64,000 bases of DNA, taken from Alphaproteobacteria bacterium (GTDB lineage: Bacteria > Pseudomonadota > Alphaproteobacteria > 16-39-46 > JAJRRM01). Position numbers and translations under genes: made by a program. The notes under the pieces are model-generated. The model was not told the origin of the DNA. It saw only the letters and a list, made by a program, of their open reading frames with translations, and made no database searches. How positions within the stretch are numbered: position 1 is the stretch's first letter; every line of letters begins with the position of its first letter. This document shows, piece after piece, positions 41,092-51,162 of the stretch. The stretch lies in NCBI GenBank assembly GCA_024279475.1, contig JAJRRM010000124.1:3942-67941 (forward strand). Reading direction: 5' to 3'.

Positions 41092-42160
41092 TTATTTTTC
41101 CTTTTCTATTAGTATCTACAAGAGCTAATACTTTAAATAATTTTCCCATTTGAGAGGGAGCTGTCAAGCGATAAAGCCCAGAGAAGAGAGATGAGCGTTC
41201 TTCTGCAGTTTTTGCTATGCGGGTAAGATTTTGTGCTCTTGTATAAATACCTATGTTTTTCAAAAAAATCCCTTGATCTTTGGGGCCAAAAATAGATATA
41301 GAAGATTTAGAAAGAGATTTCTTAAGTGCTGTAAAATTTACATGAGTTGTGATGTCTATATCACCACAGGAGGAAAGGGGAGAGACTTTTTTATGGTCTT
41401 TTACAGCTTGCAAAGTGTTACCATACCCATCATCACCATAATCAATGATCAATGCAGATCCCTTATTTTTTTCTATATATAGGACTATATCTTTAATAAT
41501 AGAAAGGCTTTTAGGGCTATATTCCCATATAAGGCCTTCTTGAAGAGGCGGGGCATAGAGGGGAGGAGGGTTAGAAGCTTTGTAGGAAATTTCTAGCTGT
41601 TGTTCTTTTTTATTATATATTATACCAGCTTCGTGCCAGGTAGAGTTTTTTACTTTAAATTGCCGTGTTGGTAGTGCATCAAAAAATTCATTTGCCACTA
41701 GAAAAATAGGAAGAGGTTGGTTAGATGTTGAGGCGATAAAATCCCTAAAACTTTTAAGCCAGACAGCTTTAAAAGGAGCTATCGCCCTTTCTTGAGAGGA
41801 CCTTAAATAAGGATTAATATCTATAAAATACAACTGCATAGCTTCTATGAAAGAGCTGGGGAGAAAGCGTAGAAAATCTGCCATTAGGGTACCACGACCT
41901 GGGCCAAGTTCTACTAAGTAGAACTTTCTTGGTGATCCAAGTTTCTGATATTGTTCTAAAAACCAAAGACCCAAGAGTTCTCCAAACAATTGGCTAATTT
42001 CTGGAGCAGTGATAAAATCTCCCAAGGGTCCCAGAGGTTGCTTTTGAGTATAATAGTGATCAAGGCATAAAGACATATAGCTCTCTAACGGCAGAAAGCC
42101 ATGGGATGCTTCTTCTAAGCAAAGGTTTTTAATTTTTTGCAGGAGGGCCATTGGTAACAT
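41081..42160 (-). CDS. class I SAM-dependent methyltransferase (COG1565/MidA-like)
   Basis: 359 aa; FITAPEISQLFGEL..ELGPGRGTLMAD motif; synteny with lgt. Confidence 0.72.
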   Translation of the reverse strand: MLPMALLQKIKNLCLEEASHGFLPLESYMSLCLDHYYTQKQPLGPLGDFITAPEISQLFGELLGLWFLEQYQKLGSPRKFYLVELGPGRGTLMADFLRFLPSSFIEAMQLYFIDINPYLRSSQERAIAPFKAVWLKSFRDFIASTSNQPLPIFLVANEFFDALPTRQFKVKNSTWHEAGIIYNKKEQQLEISYKASNPPPLYAPPLQEGLIWEYSPKSLSIIKDIVLYIEKNKGSALIIDYGDDGYGNTLQAVKDHKKVSPLSSCGDIDITTHVNFTALKKSLSKSSISIFGPKDQGIFLKNIGIYTRAQNLTRIAKTAEERSSLFSGLYRLTAPSQMGKLFKVLALVDTNRKGKISGF

Positions 42161-42932
42161 GTCTTAATAGCAAGTAAGTGCCGAGTATAAAGAGTGGCAG
42201 TGTTAAGTATTGCCCCATAGATAGATTAAACCATAAGTAACCAAGGTGAGCATCAGGTTCGCGAAAAAACTCTACGCCAAAGCGAGCAGAGGCATAACCT
42301 GTTATAAAAATACCAGTGAGTTTTCCAGGATAGAGATCTAGTCGTTTTATAAAAAAGAAAAACCATAGAAAAATAAATAAAACAATGCCCTCTGAGGCTG
42401 CTTCATATAATTGACTTGGATGTCGAGGAACATAAGATCCAGGAAAGATAACGGCCCAAGGAACAGTGCTTGGTTGACCCCATAATTCCCCATTAATAAA
42501 ATTGGCAATACGCCCTAGAAACAAACCTATAGGAGCACAGAAGCTTAGCATGTCGGATATACGCCAGAAAGATTTTTTATACTTTTTAGCAAAGAGATAT
42601 ATGGAAATAGCTGTACCTATCAAAGCACCATGAAAGGCCATTCCGCCTTCCCATACATAGAATATTTTCCAAGGAGCTGATAGATAAAAACCAGGCTTAT
42701 AAAAGAAAATATAGCCTAAACGTCCGCCCAAAAGAACGCTCAATACAAGCCAAAAAAGAAGAGTATCCATGGACTCTTTATTCAAAACAGGAGAATCTTG
42801 GCGTTTAAGATATAACTTTGCATATTGCCAACAGATGAGAAAGCTTGCCACATAGGCAAGACCATACCATTTAATGGATAGAGGGCCCAAAGAAAAGGCA
42901 ATAGGGTTAAAGTTAGCAAAAAAATAAGTCAT
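42129..42932 (-). CDS. lgt: prolipoprotein diacylglyceryl transferase
   Basis: 267 aa; LGP..I.WYGL.Y N-terminus; GGRLGY; signature around FHGGL-like AFHGALIG. Confidence 0.88.
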   Translation of the reverse strand: MTYFFANFNPIAFSLGPLSIKWYGLAYVASFLICWQYAKLYLKRQDSPVLNKESMDTLLFWLVLSVLLGGRLGYIFFYKPGFYLSAPWKIFYVWEGGMAFHGALIGTAISIYLFAKKYKKSFWRISDMLSFCAPIGLFLGRIANFINGELWGQPSTVPWAVIFPGSYVPRHPSQLYEAASEGIVLFIFLWFFFFIKRLDLYPGKLTGIFITGYASARFGVEFFREPDAHLGYLWFNLSMGQYLTLPLFILGTYLLLRHVTNGPPAKN

Positions 42933-42957
42933 GAGGTATATCTTTTCTACCTAGGGG

Positions 42958-43950
42958 TTACCTATAGGGATTTTTTTCATTGTTTAAGTATTTTTCTATA
43001 TATATTTTTGAGGCATCTTCTAAAGAGGTGAAAGGTATTTTATAACCATAGCTTTTTAGCTTTTTCATGTTAGCTTCTGTAAAGTATTGGTATTTATCAC
43101 GCAAGTTTTCTGGCATATCATAGTATTCTATAACTTCTTTCTTCTTACTAGCGGCAAAAACAGCTTTAGCTAAGTCTAAAAAAGAGCGTGCTTTTCCTGT
43201 GCCGACGTTAAAAATGTTCGATACAGTTTTATTTTTATAAAGCCAAATCATCACTTCAATACAGTCATCCACCCAGATAAAATCGCGCTTTTGCTCACCA
43301 TCTGGATAAGTGCAGTTATAGGATTTAAAGAGGCGCGCTGGTTTACCTTCTTTTACTTTTGGATACATAGTGGAGATTACGCTCTTCTGATTAGCTTTAT
43401 GATTTTCATTTGGGCCATATACATTAAAAAACTTGAGTCCTACCCATTGAGGTGGCATAGCTTCCTTGCGTTCAACTCGTTGTATTACAGCGAGGTCAAA
43501 AAGATGTTTACTCCACCCATAGGGATTTAAGGGTCGCAGTTTATTTAAATAAGTTAAAGAAGTGTCATCATCAAATCCAAGAGATCCATCACCATAAGTA
43601 GCAGCAGAAGAAGCGTATATAAAGCGAATGCTATAGGTAGAGCAGAGATTCCATAGATTTAAAGAGAAGTAATAATTTACATCCATAATATAGTCTACAT
43701 TTTTTTCCATGGTAGAAGAGCTTGCCCCCATGTGAAAAATAATTTCAATATCGTTGTTGTGTTCTTGAATATAGTCAAATAGGTCTTCTGGTGGAACCAT
43801 GTCATAGGGTTTTCGTGCAGCTAAGTTGCGCCACTTATCGCCTTCTCCAAACCAATCACATAGTATTAGTTTTTTGTGCGGAAAGCGATTTTCCAGTTCA
43901 GCGGTTAAGTTAGAGCCTATAAATCCCGCTGCACCTGTTATAATAATCAT
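42958..43950 (-). CDS. hldD: ADP-L-glycero-D-manno-heptose-6-epimerase
   Basis: 330 aa; Rossmann MIIITGAAGFIGSN; YGWSK; extended SDR pattern. Confidence 0.78.
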   Translation of the reverse strand: MIIITGAAGFIGSNLTAELENRFPHKKLILCDWFGEGDKWRNLAARKPYDMVPPEDLFDYIQEHNNDIEIIFHMGASSSTMEKNVDYIMDVNYYFSLNLWNLCSTYSIRFIYASSAATYGDGSLGFDDDTSLTYLNKLRPLNPYGWSKHLFDLAVIQRVERKEAMPPQWVGLKFFNVYGPNENHKANQKSVISTMYPKVKEGKPARLFKSYNCTYPDGEQKRDFIWVDDCIEVMIWLYKNKTVSNIFNVGTGKARSFLDLAKAVFAASKKKEVIEYYDMPENLRDKYQYFTEANMKKLKSYGYKIPFTSLEDASKIYIEKYLNNEKNPYR

Positions 43951-44035
43951 ATTTTTCCCTTAGATGTTGCTAGCATATTCAATCTATAAGCTCTTTATAC
44001 ACAAACAAAGAGATTTGGTCAAAAGGAAGAATAAA

Positions 44036-44185
44036 GGGTCCTGTTGCAAAAAATAAAATGATAGGGTGAGATGTCTTTCTGAGAGAGTAAGCTAAAGAGG
44101 ATATCTTAATGAATGATTTTAAAGGGAAGCATTGTCTACAAGAACTGAGAAATCTTTCTGAGGACAAAGATTGTAGCCTAGATAA
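44036..44185 (+). mobile_element. IS6-family MITE-like remnant (terminal repeat GGGTCCTGTTGCAAAAAATAAAATGA plus transposase N-terminal fragment MNDFKGKHC)
   Basis: Same terminal repeat and ATGAATGATTTTAAAGGGAAGCATT start as at 55.9 and 39.9 kb; sits in the hldD-rsmB intergenic region. Confidence 0.55.
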
Positions 44186-44210
44186 ATAAAGCAGATTTCT
44201 ATAGCTTGTA

Positions 44211-45524
44211 TTAATTTTTTTCTAAAATAGCAGCAAAAAACCCATCCGAACCGTTAGATGAAGGAAGAATTTTTAAATAGGAGCTAGATAAATAGGTATC
44301 AGGAACATCTATTTCTAAATTATTTTTAGCCGGTACGAGTATAAAGGAGGGGTTTCTTTCTAGAAATAGCTCAATTTGTTCTTCGTTTTCTTTCTTTAAA
44401 ATAGAGCAAGTTGCATAGATAAGCTGTCCTCCAGGCTTTACCATAGCGGATGCTTTTTGAAGAATTTCTGTCTGTTTTTCTACTACTTCATCCAAGAGTT
44501 CTTGGGTGAATTTGAGCTTAGCATCCACATGTCTGCGCCAGGTTCCAGTACCGGAGCAAGGAGTATCTACCAAGACTATATCAAAAGTACCTTTTTGGCG
44601 CTTTACCCATGTTTTATCTGTCTCAAGGTGCTTGATGACGTGATTGGATAAACCTGCTCGCTTACAACGTTTAGAGGCTTCTTTAAGACGATTCTTATGC
44701 ACATCTGTTAAGGCTAATTGTCCTTTATTTTTCATAAGAGCACCAATAAGAATAGATTTTCCACCAGCACCCGCGCAATAATCTAGGACTTTTTTAGGGG
44801 ACTTGGGTGCACTTAGAAAAGATAATATCTGAGCCCCTTCATCTTGAATTTCAATAAGTCCTTTTTTGAACCATTCTGTACTAATAATAGGGTAGCGCTT
44901 TTTCAGACGTATACCATAAGGGCTTATACTTGTGGGTGTTGCCTCCCAATTTTTTGAGCGGAGAATTTCAAGCATCGTTTCACGGTCTTGCTTTAGAGGG
45001 TTCACGCGTATATCTGTGGGAGCTTCTTCTTGTAAAACCTCCAAAAGACTTTCCAGGTTTTCAATTGGTATATTTTTTTGAAATAATTCTATAATTCTAG
45101 GAGGTAAGCCATATTTTATTTCTGGAGGAAGCTGTTGGCGATCTTTGAACTTGCGAAAATTTTTAGAAATTGTTTTAAGGATTTCCATGTGTCGTTCAGA
45201 GAGAGGTTCCCAGCCATATTTTGAAGGTATTTTTAATTTCTGCTCTAGGTCCAGAGGGGATGCGTCCTCTGTATCTATTAGATAACTTAAAATAAGCCAT
45301 CGGGGTAAAGGGGGAATATTATCTTGTTTTAGAATAAAACGGAGGCGAAAATAATTTCTAAGGACCCCATAAAAAAGAGAAGTAAGCATCTGGCGATCGT
45401 GGCTGCCAATATAACTACGCTCTTTCAAATATCCACGCAAAACAAAATCTGCAGGTTTATTTATATCATCTAGAAAGAAGTTGAGTACTTCTTCTACAGC
45501 TTTACATTGAGATCCAAATTGCAT
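44211..45524 (-). CDS. rsmB: 16S rRNA (cytosine967-C5)-methyltransferase RsmB (Sun)
   Basis: 437 aa; VLDYCAGAGGKS motif I; catalytic DTPCSG and ATCS motifs. Confidence 0.8.
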   Translation of the reverse strand: MQFGSQCKAVEEVLNFFLDDINKPADFVLRGYLKERSYIGSHDRQMLTSLFYGVLRNYFRLRFILKQDNIPPLPRWLILSYLIDTEDASPLDLEQKLKIPSKYGWEPLSERHMEILKTISKNFRKFKDRQQLPPEIKYGLPPRIIELFQKNIPIENLESLLEVLQEEAPTDIRVNPLKQDRETMLEILRSKNWEATPTSISPYGIRLKKRYPIISTEWFKKGLIEIQDEGAQILSFLSAPKSPKKVLDYCAGAGGKSILIGALMKNKGQLALTDVHKNRLKEASKRCKRAGLSNHVIKHLETDKTWVKRQKGTFDIVLVDTPCSGTGTWRRHVDAKLKFTQELLDEVVEKQTEILQKASAMVKPGGQLIYATCSILKKENEEQIELFLERNPSFILVPAKNNLEIDVPDTYLSSSYLKILPSSNGSDGFFAAILEKN

Positions 45525-46177
45525 TATAATTTATATCCTGTCGCTAATAGATACATTTCAGAAGAGTCCTTTCGGCTAGCAGGTGGTTTTATATGGCGGA
45601 CACTTTTAAAAGCTTTTTTTATTTCTATCAGAAGGTCTTTCTGTGCGCCACCTTCAAAAAGTTTCGTGATAAAATAACCATCTTTTTTAAGAAATTTTGT
45701 GGTAAAATCATAAGCATAGCTTACCAAATGCATAAGACGTAGATGGTCTGTTTTTTTATGGCCAATGGTATTGGGAGCTATGTCTGATACAATACCATCT
45801 ACTTTTCTATCTCCAATAAGGGCACAAAGTTTTTTATATATTTCTTGATCAAGGAAATCTCCATGCAGTATTTCTACACCAGAAATAGCTTCCATTTCTA
45901 GTATATCAATAGCGATAACTTTTCCTCTTTCAGGAGATTGAACTTTTTTGGCAATAACTTGTGACCATCCACCTGGTGCAGCGCCTAAATCTATGACAAC
46001 CTGCCCTTTTTTAAGAAAATTATATTTGCTATTAATTTCAAGCAACTTAAAAGCAGCACGAGATTTATAGCCATATTTTTTTGACTTTTCTACGTAAGGG
46101 TCATTAAACTGACGCTTAAGCCACAGTTTAGAAGAAGCTGATAATTTATTGTTTTTAAATGGTTTATTGTATGCCAC
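45524..46177 (-). CDS. rlmE: 23S rRNA (uridine2552-2'-O)-methyltransferase RlmE/FtsJ
   Basis: 217 aa; SRAAFKL.E; DLGAAPGGWSQ; VSD.AP. Confidence 0.85.
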   Translation of the reverse strand: MAYNKPFKNNKLSASSKLWLKRQFNDPYVEKSKKYGYKSRAAFKLLEINSKYNFLKKGQVVIDLGAAPGGWSQVIAKKVQSPERGKVIAIDILEMEAISGVEILHGDFLDQEIYKKLCALIGDRKVDGIVSDIAPNTIGHKKTDHLRLMHLVSYAYDFTTKFLKKDGYFITKLFEGGAQKDLLIEIKKAFKSVRHIKPPASRKDSSEMYLLATGYKL

Positions 46178-46214
46178 AAAAGTTCCTTAGCTATAATGAA
46201 TAGGTGAATTAGAT

Positions 46215-46607
46215 TTAATGTAGCTTTTTATAGTAATAAGGACTATCTAGAGAGAAAGCAGGAATCTCTATATCAAAAGAAAGCCCCTCTTCATCATTCA
46301 TGGAATATTTTCCTTCCATAATAGCTGATTGTGTATTAAGAGGTACACCAGAGGTATACTCATACATTTTTCCAGGTTCTATTTCAGGTTGTTGCCCAAC
46401 AACTCCATCCCCCTGAACTGTATGCTTCAGGCCTTCTGAATCTGTTATTTCCCAGCTGCGCGTTTTCAGTTGCACCTTTTTCTTTCCTAGGTTTTCAATG
46501 CGCACATGGTATGCCCAAAAATGGTGGTTGTCAGCCGGTATAGACTCTTCTTCTATGTAGTAAGGCTCTACAGTGACACGTATATCATGCGTTATTTTAG
46601 AATACAT
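46215..46607 (-). CDS. apaG: ApaG domain protein
   Basis: 130 aa; I.V.V.P.Y..E.S......F.W.Y...I.N, LK.R.W.ITD..G pattern. Confidence 0.78.
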   Translation of the reverse strand: MYSKITHDIRVTVEPYYIEEESIPADNHHFWAYHVRIENLGKKKVQLKTRSWEITDSEGLKHTVQGDGVVGQQPEIEPGKMYEYTSGVPLNTQSAIMEGKYSMNDEEGLSFDIEIPAFSLDSPYYYKKLH

Positions 46608-46661
46608 ATTTACCCCTCTACCTTCAAGTATACAATGTAATAATACAGGTGTACAAGTATA

Positions 46662-47885
46662 TTAATGCTGAAATTGCTTAACTTTTTTCAAGAAAAAAGT
46701 ACCAAAGAAAGTCAAGACAGCAAAAGCGGCACTGTAGACAAAGGGTGCTGCAGGTGTGAAACTGTCCCATAGGTAACCTGCTATAAGATTTGTAAACAAA
46801 TGCACAATACCACTAACGCAATAAAAGACACCAAAGGCTAGTGCACGGTATTTCTTTTCCTGAGCATAGTCTATAATCATGCCCATGAGAAGGCTTTGAA
46901 TAGCACCCATTTGTATACCCCACAGGGCAACACCAATATATCCTATTAACCATGAAGGGGAAAAAGCAAGGAAAAAGTTGGCTGCAACAAGGAATAGTAA
47001 AGCATAGCGCATAAGCAGACGGCGGTCATATTTATCAGATAGTCGGCCCATTGGGTAGGCACTTAAGGCATTGAAAAGGTTCATAACAAGCATTACACCA
47101 GCTACCCAAGTTGTCTCAAGACCGAGGTCCTTCATGCGTAAAATCATAAACCCTTCAGAAAAACGACTCATCATAAAGATGCCACCTAGAAAAACAAGGC
47201 CCCAATAACCATGAGAGCTTTTCCAAAGTTCTTTCAATAACTTAAAAGAAAATCTCTCTTTCTTTTGCGCTTTTTGCATATTTTTAGATAGAGGTTCTCT
47301 TACCAATAAAAAAAGAAAAACAACACCCAAGACAGCAGGGATAGCTGAGAGATAAAATACAAAGCGGAAATCATCTGAAGAAACATACATTAGCCACAAA
47401 ACAATTAACGGTCCAATCAAAGAACCAATAACAGCTAGAGTATGCCTCAAGCCAAAAGCAGCGCCTTTTATTTCTTTAGGGGCAATATCTCCAACAAGGG
47501 CATCTCTTGGCGCTGCTTGAAGACCATTACTTAGACGGTTAACGATGCGTGCTGAAAAAAACATACCCACCGTGGTGGCAAGTGCCATTAAAACAGAGGA
47601 GACTAGGGCAAGAACATATCCAACATATAAGAGAGGTTTTCTTTTATGCAGATGGTCACTTGTCCAGCCAGATCCTACCCGTACAGAAAGCGCTATAGCT
47701 TCTACAAAGCCGTCTATAAAACCAAAGAGAGCCATGCTAGCTCCTAAAACTGTAGTCAAGAAGACTGCACTTATACTGTACACCATAGTTGTAGAGAGGT
47801 TTATAAGTAAGTTTGAAAGTCCTATACCCCAAACACCGGCAGGGATTTTGTGGTCTTTGGAGCCAGATAGATAAGATTTTCTCAT
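46662..47885 (-). CDS. MFS transporter
   Basis: 407 aa; 12 TM segments; conserved RxxxRxG-like loops. Confidence 0.68.
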   Translation of the reverse strand: MRKSYLSGSKDHKIPAGVWGIGLSNLLINLSTTMVYSISAVFLTTVLGASMALFGFIDGFVEAIALSVRVGSGWTSDHLHKRKPLLYVGYVLALVSSVLMALATTVGMFFSARIVNRLSNGLQAAPRDALVGDIAPKEIKGAAFGLRHTLAVIGSLIGPLIVLWLMYVSSDDFRFVFYLSAIPAVLGVVFLFLLVREPLSKNMQKAQKKERFSFKLLKELWKSSHGYWGLVFLGGIFMMSRFSEGFMILRMKDLGLETTWVAGVMLVMNLFNALSAYPMGRLSDKYDRRLLMRYALLFLVAANFFLAFSPSWLIGYIGVALWGIQMGAIQSLLMGMIIDYAQEKKYRALAFGVFYCVSGIVHLFTNLIAGYLWDSFTPAAPFVYSAAFAVLTFFGTFFLKKVKQFQH

Positions 47886-47931
47886 TAAATTTCCTTAAAA
47901 TAGAGCTAAGAACAATTAATATTAATACAAA

Positions 47932-48017
47932 TGGTGCCCCCAGGGAGACTCGAACTCCCACATCCAAAGATAGCAGATTTTGAGTCTGCCGCGTCTACCA
48001 GTTCCGCCACAGGGGCA
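47932..48017 (-). tRNA. tRNA-Leu (anticodon CAA)
   Basis: Reverse complement GCCCCTGTGGCGGAACTGGTAGACGC...GACTCAAAATCTGC...GGGAGTTCGAGTCTCCCTGGGGGCACCA folds with a long variable arm; anticodon loop CTCAAAA. Confidence 0.8.
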
Positions 48018-48087
48018 AACACCAGAGCATTCTACATTTTCTACACAAGGGGTCAAGAAAAAATAGTAGGAGGAGGGCAGTATTTTA

Positions 48088-48801
48088 TTATGCTGTTGAA
48101 TATGCCTCTAAATAGCCGTTGTTCAAGGTAAAGCAACGATCAGCTTGATAGGCTAGGTCTAAGTTATGGGTAGCAAAAAGTGTACTAATACCTAGTTCAT
48201 GCACTAAATTCTGGAGAATCCCAAAAACATGTGCAGATGTCTTGGGGTCTAAATTACCAGTTGGCTCATCGGCTATAAGCAAGCTAGGAGCGTTAGCGAG
48301 GGATCGAGCAATAGCTACGCGTTGCTGTTCTCCGCCTGATAATTGAGAGGGGTTATGGGAGGATCTATTTTTTAGGCCCATCATTTTTAAGAGTTTATCT
48401 GCTCGTTTTGCAGCTTCTTTTTTATCAAGCCCATTAATAAGTTGAGGAAGCATAATATTTTCTTTAGCAGAGAATTCTGGCAAAAGATGATGATACTGAT
48501 AAACAAATCCTATCTCTTTTGCTCGCAAAGCAGTTTTTTGTTTGTCTTTTAGCATGGTACAGTTGTGTCCTTGAATAAATACATCTCCATGAGATGCTTT
48601 TTCTAGAAGCCCTGCAATATGTAAAATTGTTGATTTCCCAGAGCCGCTAGGTCCTACTAGAGCCACCATTTCTCCATTTTTTAGAGAAAGATTTATGTCT
48701 TTCAGAATTTTTAAAGTTCTACCACCTTGAATAAAGTGGTGAGAAATGTGCAGCAGTTCTAAAATAGGATTACTCATAACGAAGTGCCTCAATTGGATCA
48801 A
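48088..48801 (-). CDS. lolD: lipoprotein-releasing ABC transporter ATP-binding protein LolD
   Basis: 237 aa; Walker A GPSGSGKST; LSGGEQQRVAIARSL; overlaps the lolE-like permease gene. Confidence 0.8.
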   Translation of the reverse strand: MIQLRHFVMSNPILELLHISHHFIQGGRTLKILKDINLSLKNGEMVALVGPSGSGKSTILHIAGLLEKASHGDVFIQGHNCTMLKDKQKTALRAKEIGFVYQYHHLLPEFSAKENIMLPQLINGLDKKEAAKRADKLLKMMGLKNRSSHNPSQLSGGEQQRVAIARSLANAPSLLIADEPTGNLDPKTSAHVFGILQNLVHELGISTLFATHNLDLAYQADRCFTLNNGYLEAYSTA

Positions 48802-50014
48802 GTTTTGCCGCTTTCCAAGATGGGTAGAGTGTGGCTAGGAAGGTAAGACTAAGGGCAACACATACAATGGTAATCACCTCATTTGTCTCTACAATGGCGG
48901 GAATTTTTGAAAGAAAATAAATTTCTTCTTGAAAAAATTTCAAGCCAGTGAGAGCTTGTAGACCTTGACGAATTGCTTCAATTTTGTAGCAGAACATAGA
49001 ACCCAGTATAAATCCCAGGAATGTACCTGTTATGCCAATAGTAGAACCAGTAAGGAAGAAAACACGCATGATAGAAGAGCGCGTAGCTCCCATAGTACGT
49101 AAAATTGCTATAGCTTTTGTTTTATCTTTTACCAACATAGTAAGGCCAGATATAATATTAAATGTTGCGATTAAGATAATTAAAGTAAGTATAATAAACA
49201 TCACATTACGCTCAACCATAATAGCTTCGAAGAAGGATTTGTTTGTTTCTCGCCAGTCTTTTATACGTACTTGCCATTGAGTTTTTTTCAAAATGTTAAG
49301 AGAAATTTTATCAACTTGATGAGGTGAGGTCAAAAACACTTCTAATTCTGGTTGAGCTTTGTTAAAAAATTTATTAGCAGTGGCATAAGGCATAAAGATA
49401 TAAGCAATATCATAGGTCCAATTACCGGAAGAAAAAATAGCCCCTATTTTAAATTCTTTAAATCTTGGTACAAAACCAAAAGCTGTGGAGGCTATATTTG
49501 GGGCAATTAGTTTTACCGTATCTCCAACTTTCAAGTGCCCGTAGGTAGCTAAAGCTTCACCAATAACCAGATTATTTGATAGTCCTAAATTGTCTAAGGA
49601 GCCCTTGAGAATATTTTCTCGAATGAGTTTTTGTTTTTGAAGGTCTTCTTGAGAAATGCCTCTGACAACAACCCCTCTAGCTTGATTTTTGGGAAATACA
49701 ATCATAGCTTGACCTTCTAAAATAGTGCTAGCTTGCACTACTTCAGGGTTAAGGATTAAATAGTTTTTTAAATCGGTAAGATCTGTTATAGAGCGGTTGG
49801 TGGAGCTAACATGGATATGGCCATTGAACTTAAGGATGTTATCAAATAGCTCAGCTCTAAAACCGTTCATAACAGACATAACAATGATGAGTGTAGCAAC
49901 ACCTAGCATAATGCCTAAGAAAGAAAAAAGAGCTATTATAGAGACAAACCCCTCGCCGCCACGGGGACGAAGATATCGCCAAGCAAGAGTACGTTCAAAT
50001 TTAGAAAAGGGCAT
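48770..50014 (-). CDS. lolE: lipoprotein-releasing system permease LolC/LolE
   Basis: 414 aa; MacB-like periplasmic domain plus FtsX C-terminal TM bundle. Confidence 0.78.
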   Translation of the reverse strand: MPFSKFERTLAWRYLRPRGGEGFVSIIALFSFLGIMLGVATLIIVMSVMNGFRAELFDNILKFNGHIHVSSTNRSITDLTDLKNYLILNPEVVQASTILEGQAMIVFPKNQARGVVVRGISQEDLQKQKLIRENILKGSLDNLGLSNNLVIGEALATYGHLKVGDTVKLIAPNIASTAFGFVPRFKEFKIGAIFSSGNWTYDIAYIFMPYATANKFFNKAQPELEVFLTSPHQVDKISLNILKKTQWQVRIKDWRETNKSFFEAIMVERNVMFIILTLIILIATFNIISGLTMLVKDKTKAIAILRTMGATRSSIMRVFFLTGSTIGITGTFLGFILGSMFCYKIEAIRQGLQALTGLKFFQEEIYFLSKIPAIVETNEVITIVCVALSLTFLATLYPSWKAAKLDPIEALRYE

Positions 50015-50044
50015 TTTCTTCCTATCCAGGTATAGATTTTCAAA

Positions 50045-50434
50045 CTAGTTAATAGTAACAGTAAAAGCAAGAGGTAGATCGAAACTTATTTCTCCAGCCC
50101 ATACGCATATAGTTGTAGAGTTAGTAAGTATAGCTGGACTACCTCCCACTTGAACTTTAAAGGAACCGGGCATCCAGGGTGTAGTGATTATGGGAATGCA
50201 GGGTCCCTCCTGATTACCAGTAAATATAAGTATTGCAAGGACTGCCGGATTTGCAATGCTTGTGCAAATACCAAAATCAACAATATTTACAAAGGGGATA
50301 AAATCCATAATATTACCACCAGGCACGTCCTCTATAAGGAGGTCATGAATAGGCAAGATATCAAAGGGAATGGGAATATCTCCACAGGAACAGCTAATTA
50401 TAGATCCATCATTAACAGCAGACATAGAGAGCAA
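50045..50434 (-). CDS. hypothetical protein (129 aa), faint PAAR-like Pro/Gly/Cys pattern
   Basis: ORF co-directional with lolE; motifs GPCIPIITTPW.PGS..V.VGGSPAIL.NSTTIC; the opposite-strand ORF looks less protein-like. Confidence 0.35.
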   Translation of the reverse strand: MLSMSAVNDGSIISCSCGDIPIPFDILPIHDLLIEDVPGGNIMDFIPFVNIVDFGICTSIANPAVLAILIFTGNQEGPCIPIITTPWMPGSFKVQVGGSPAILTNSTTICVWAGEISFDLPLAFTVTIN

Positions 50435-50567
50435 ATCCTTTCTCTTCTATTTTTATTTAAGGATAAACAACATCTTGATGATAAGCAATAGCAAGTAAAC
50501 TTGCAACCGCTATGTATTAAGCCCATTGCAAGAAATCTATAAATTCAGTATAAGGAAAAAGTCAATT

Positions 50568-50641
50568 GCGGGCGTAGCTCAATGGTAGAGTAGAAGCTTC
50601 CCAAGCTTAAGATGGGAGTTCGATTCTCCTCGCCCGCTCCA
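50568..50641 (+). tRNA. tRNA-Gly (anticodon CCC)
   Basis: GCGGGCGTAGCTCAATGGTAGAG...TTCCCAA...GGGAGTTCGATTCTCCTCGCCCGCTCCA; classic tRNA-Gly acceptor and T-arm. Confidence 0.8.
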
Positions 50642-50659
50642 TTTTTATTTCAACCGTTT

Positions 50660-51151
50660 TTAGGAACCAAGTCCTGGTGTTGCTCCCCAGCCACAAGAAG
50701 CTGGTTCAAACCATCCCTCGTAGGACCTAATAAATCCTAGGCAGCGTTTTCCTGAACATTTACGTACACGTAGTAAGGCGCCCCTATCAATCATAGCATA
50801 GTGTTTTTTATCGTTTTCTTTTTTATAAAAAGGGCAAATATTTGTAACTAAGAAAACATCTGCTTTTGTAGTAAGTAGGAGGCCTAAAATCCAAGACTTT
50901 TCTCCTTCAAAATCTTGAACCTGATACCAACCATCTTTAGAAGCAAGAAGCTTAAAAGGTAGGAAGGGTGTTTTATAAACATATTTTATAGGGTGACGAA
51001 ATCCAGGACCAGTTCTTCCATTAATTTCTTTTTTAGCACTTGCTGCCCATTTAGGAGAAGAAAACTTAATACCACTTTTAGCAAAACTTAGGGAAGTATG
51101 TTGAGTATAAAAAAAGAGAATTATAAGTGAAAATAGAAAAATTTTTTTCAT
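50660..51151 (-). CDS. hypothetical secreted protein (possible bacterial SH3-like domain)
   Basis: 163 aa; signal peptide; W/G-rich beta-type composition. Confidence 0.45.
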   Translation of the reverse strand: MKKIFLFSLIILFFYTQHTSLSFAKSGIKFSSPKWAASAKKEINGRTGPGFRHPIKYVYKTPFLPFKLLASKDGWYQVQDFEGEKSWILGLLLTTKADVFLVTNICPFYKKENDKKHYAMIDRGALLRVRKCSGKRCLGFIRSYEGWFEPASCGWGATPGLGS

Positions 51152-51162
51152 TAAAAAGAGGC

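Noticed and set aside
50150-50491. Plus-strand 113-aa ORF opposite ORF 50045..50434
   Set aside because: It is Cys/Asn/Lys-rich and less protein-like than the minus-strand frame. Only one of the two can be real, and the minus strand is co-directional with lolE.
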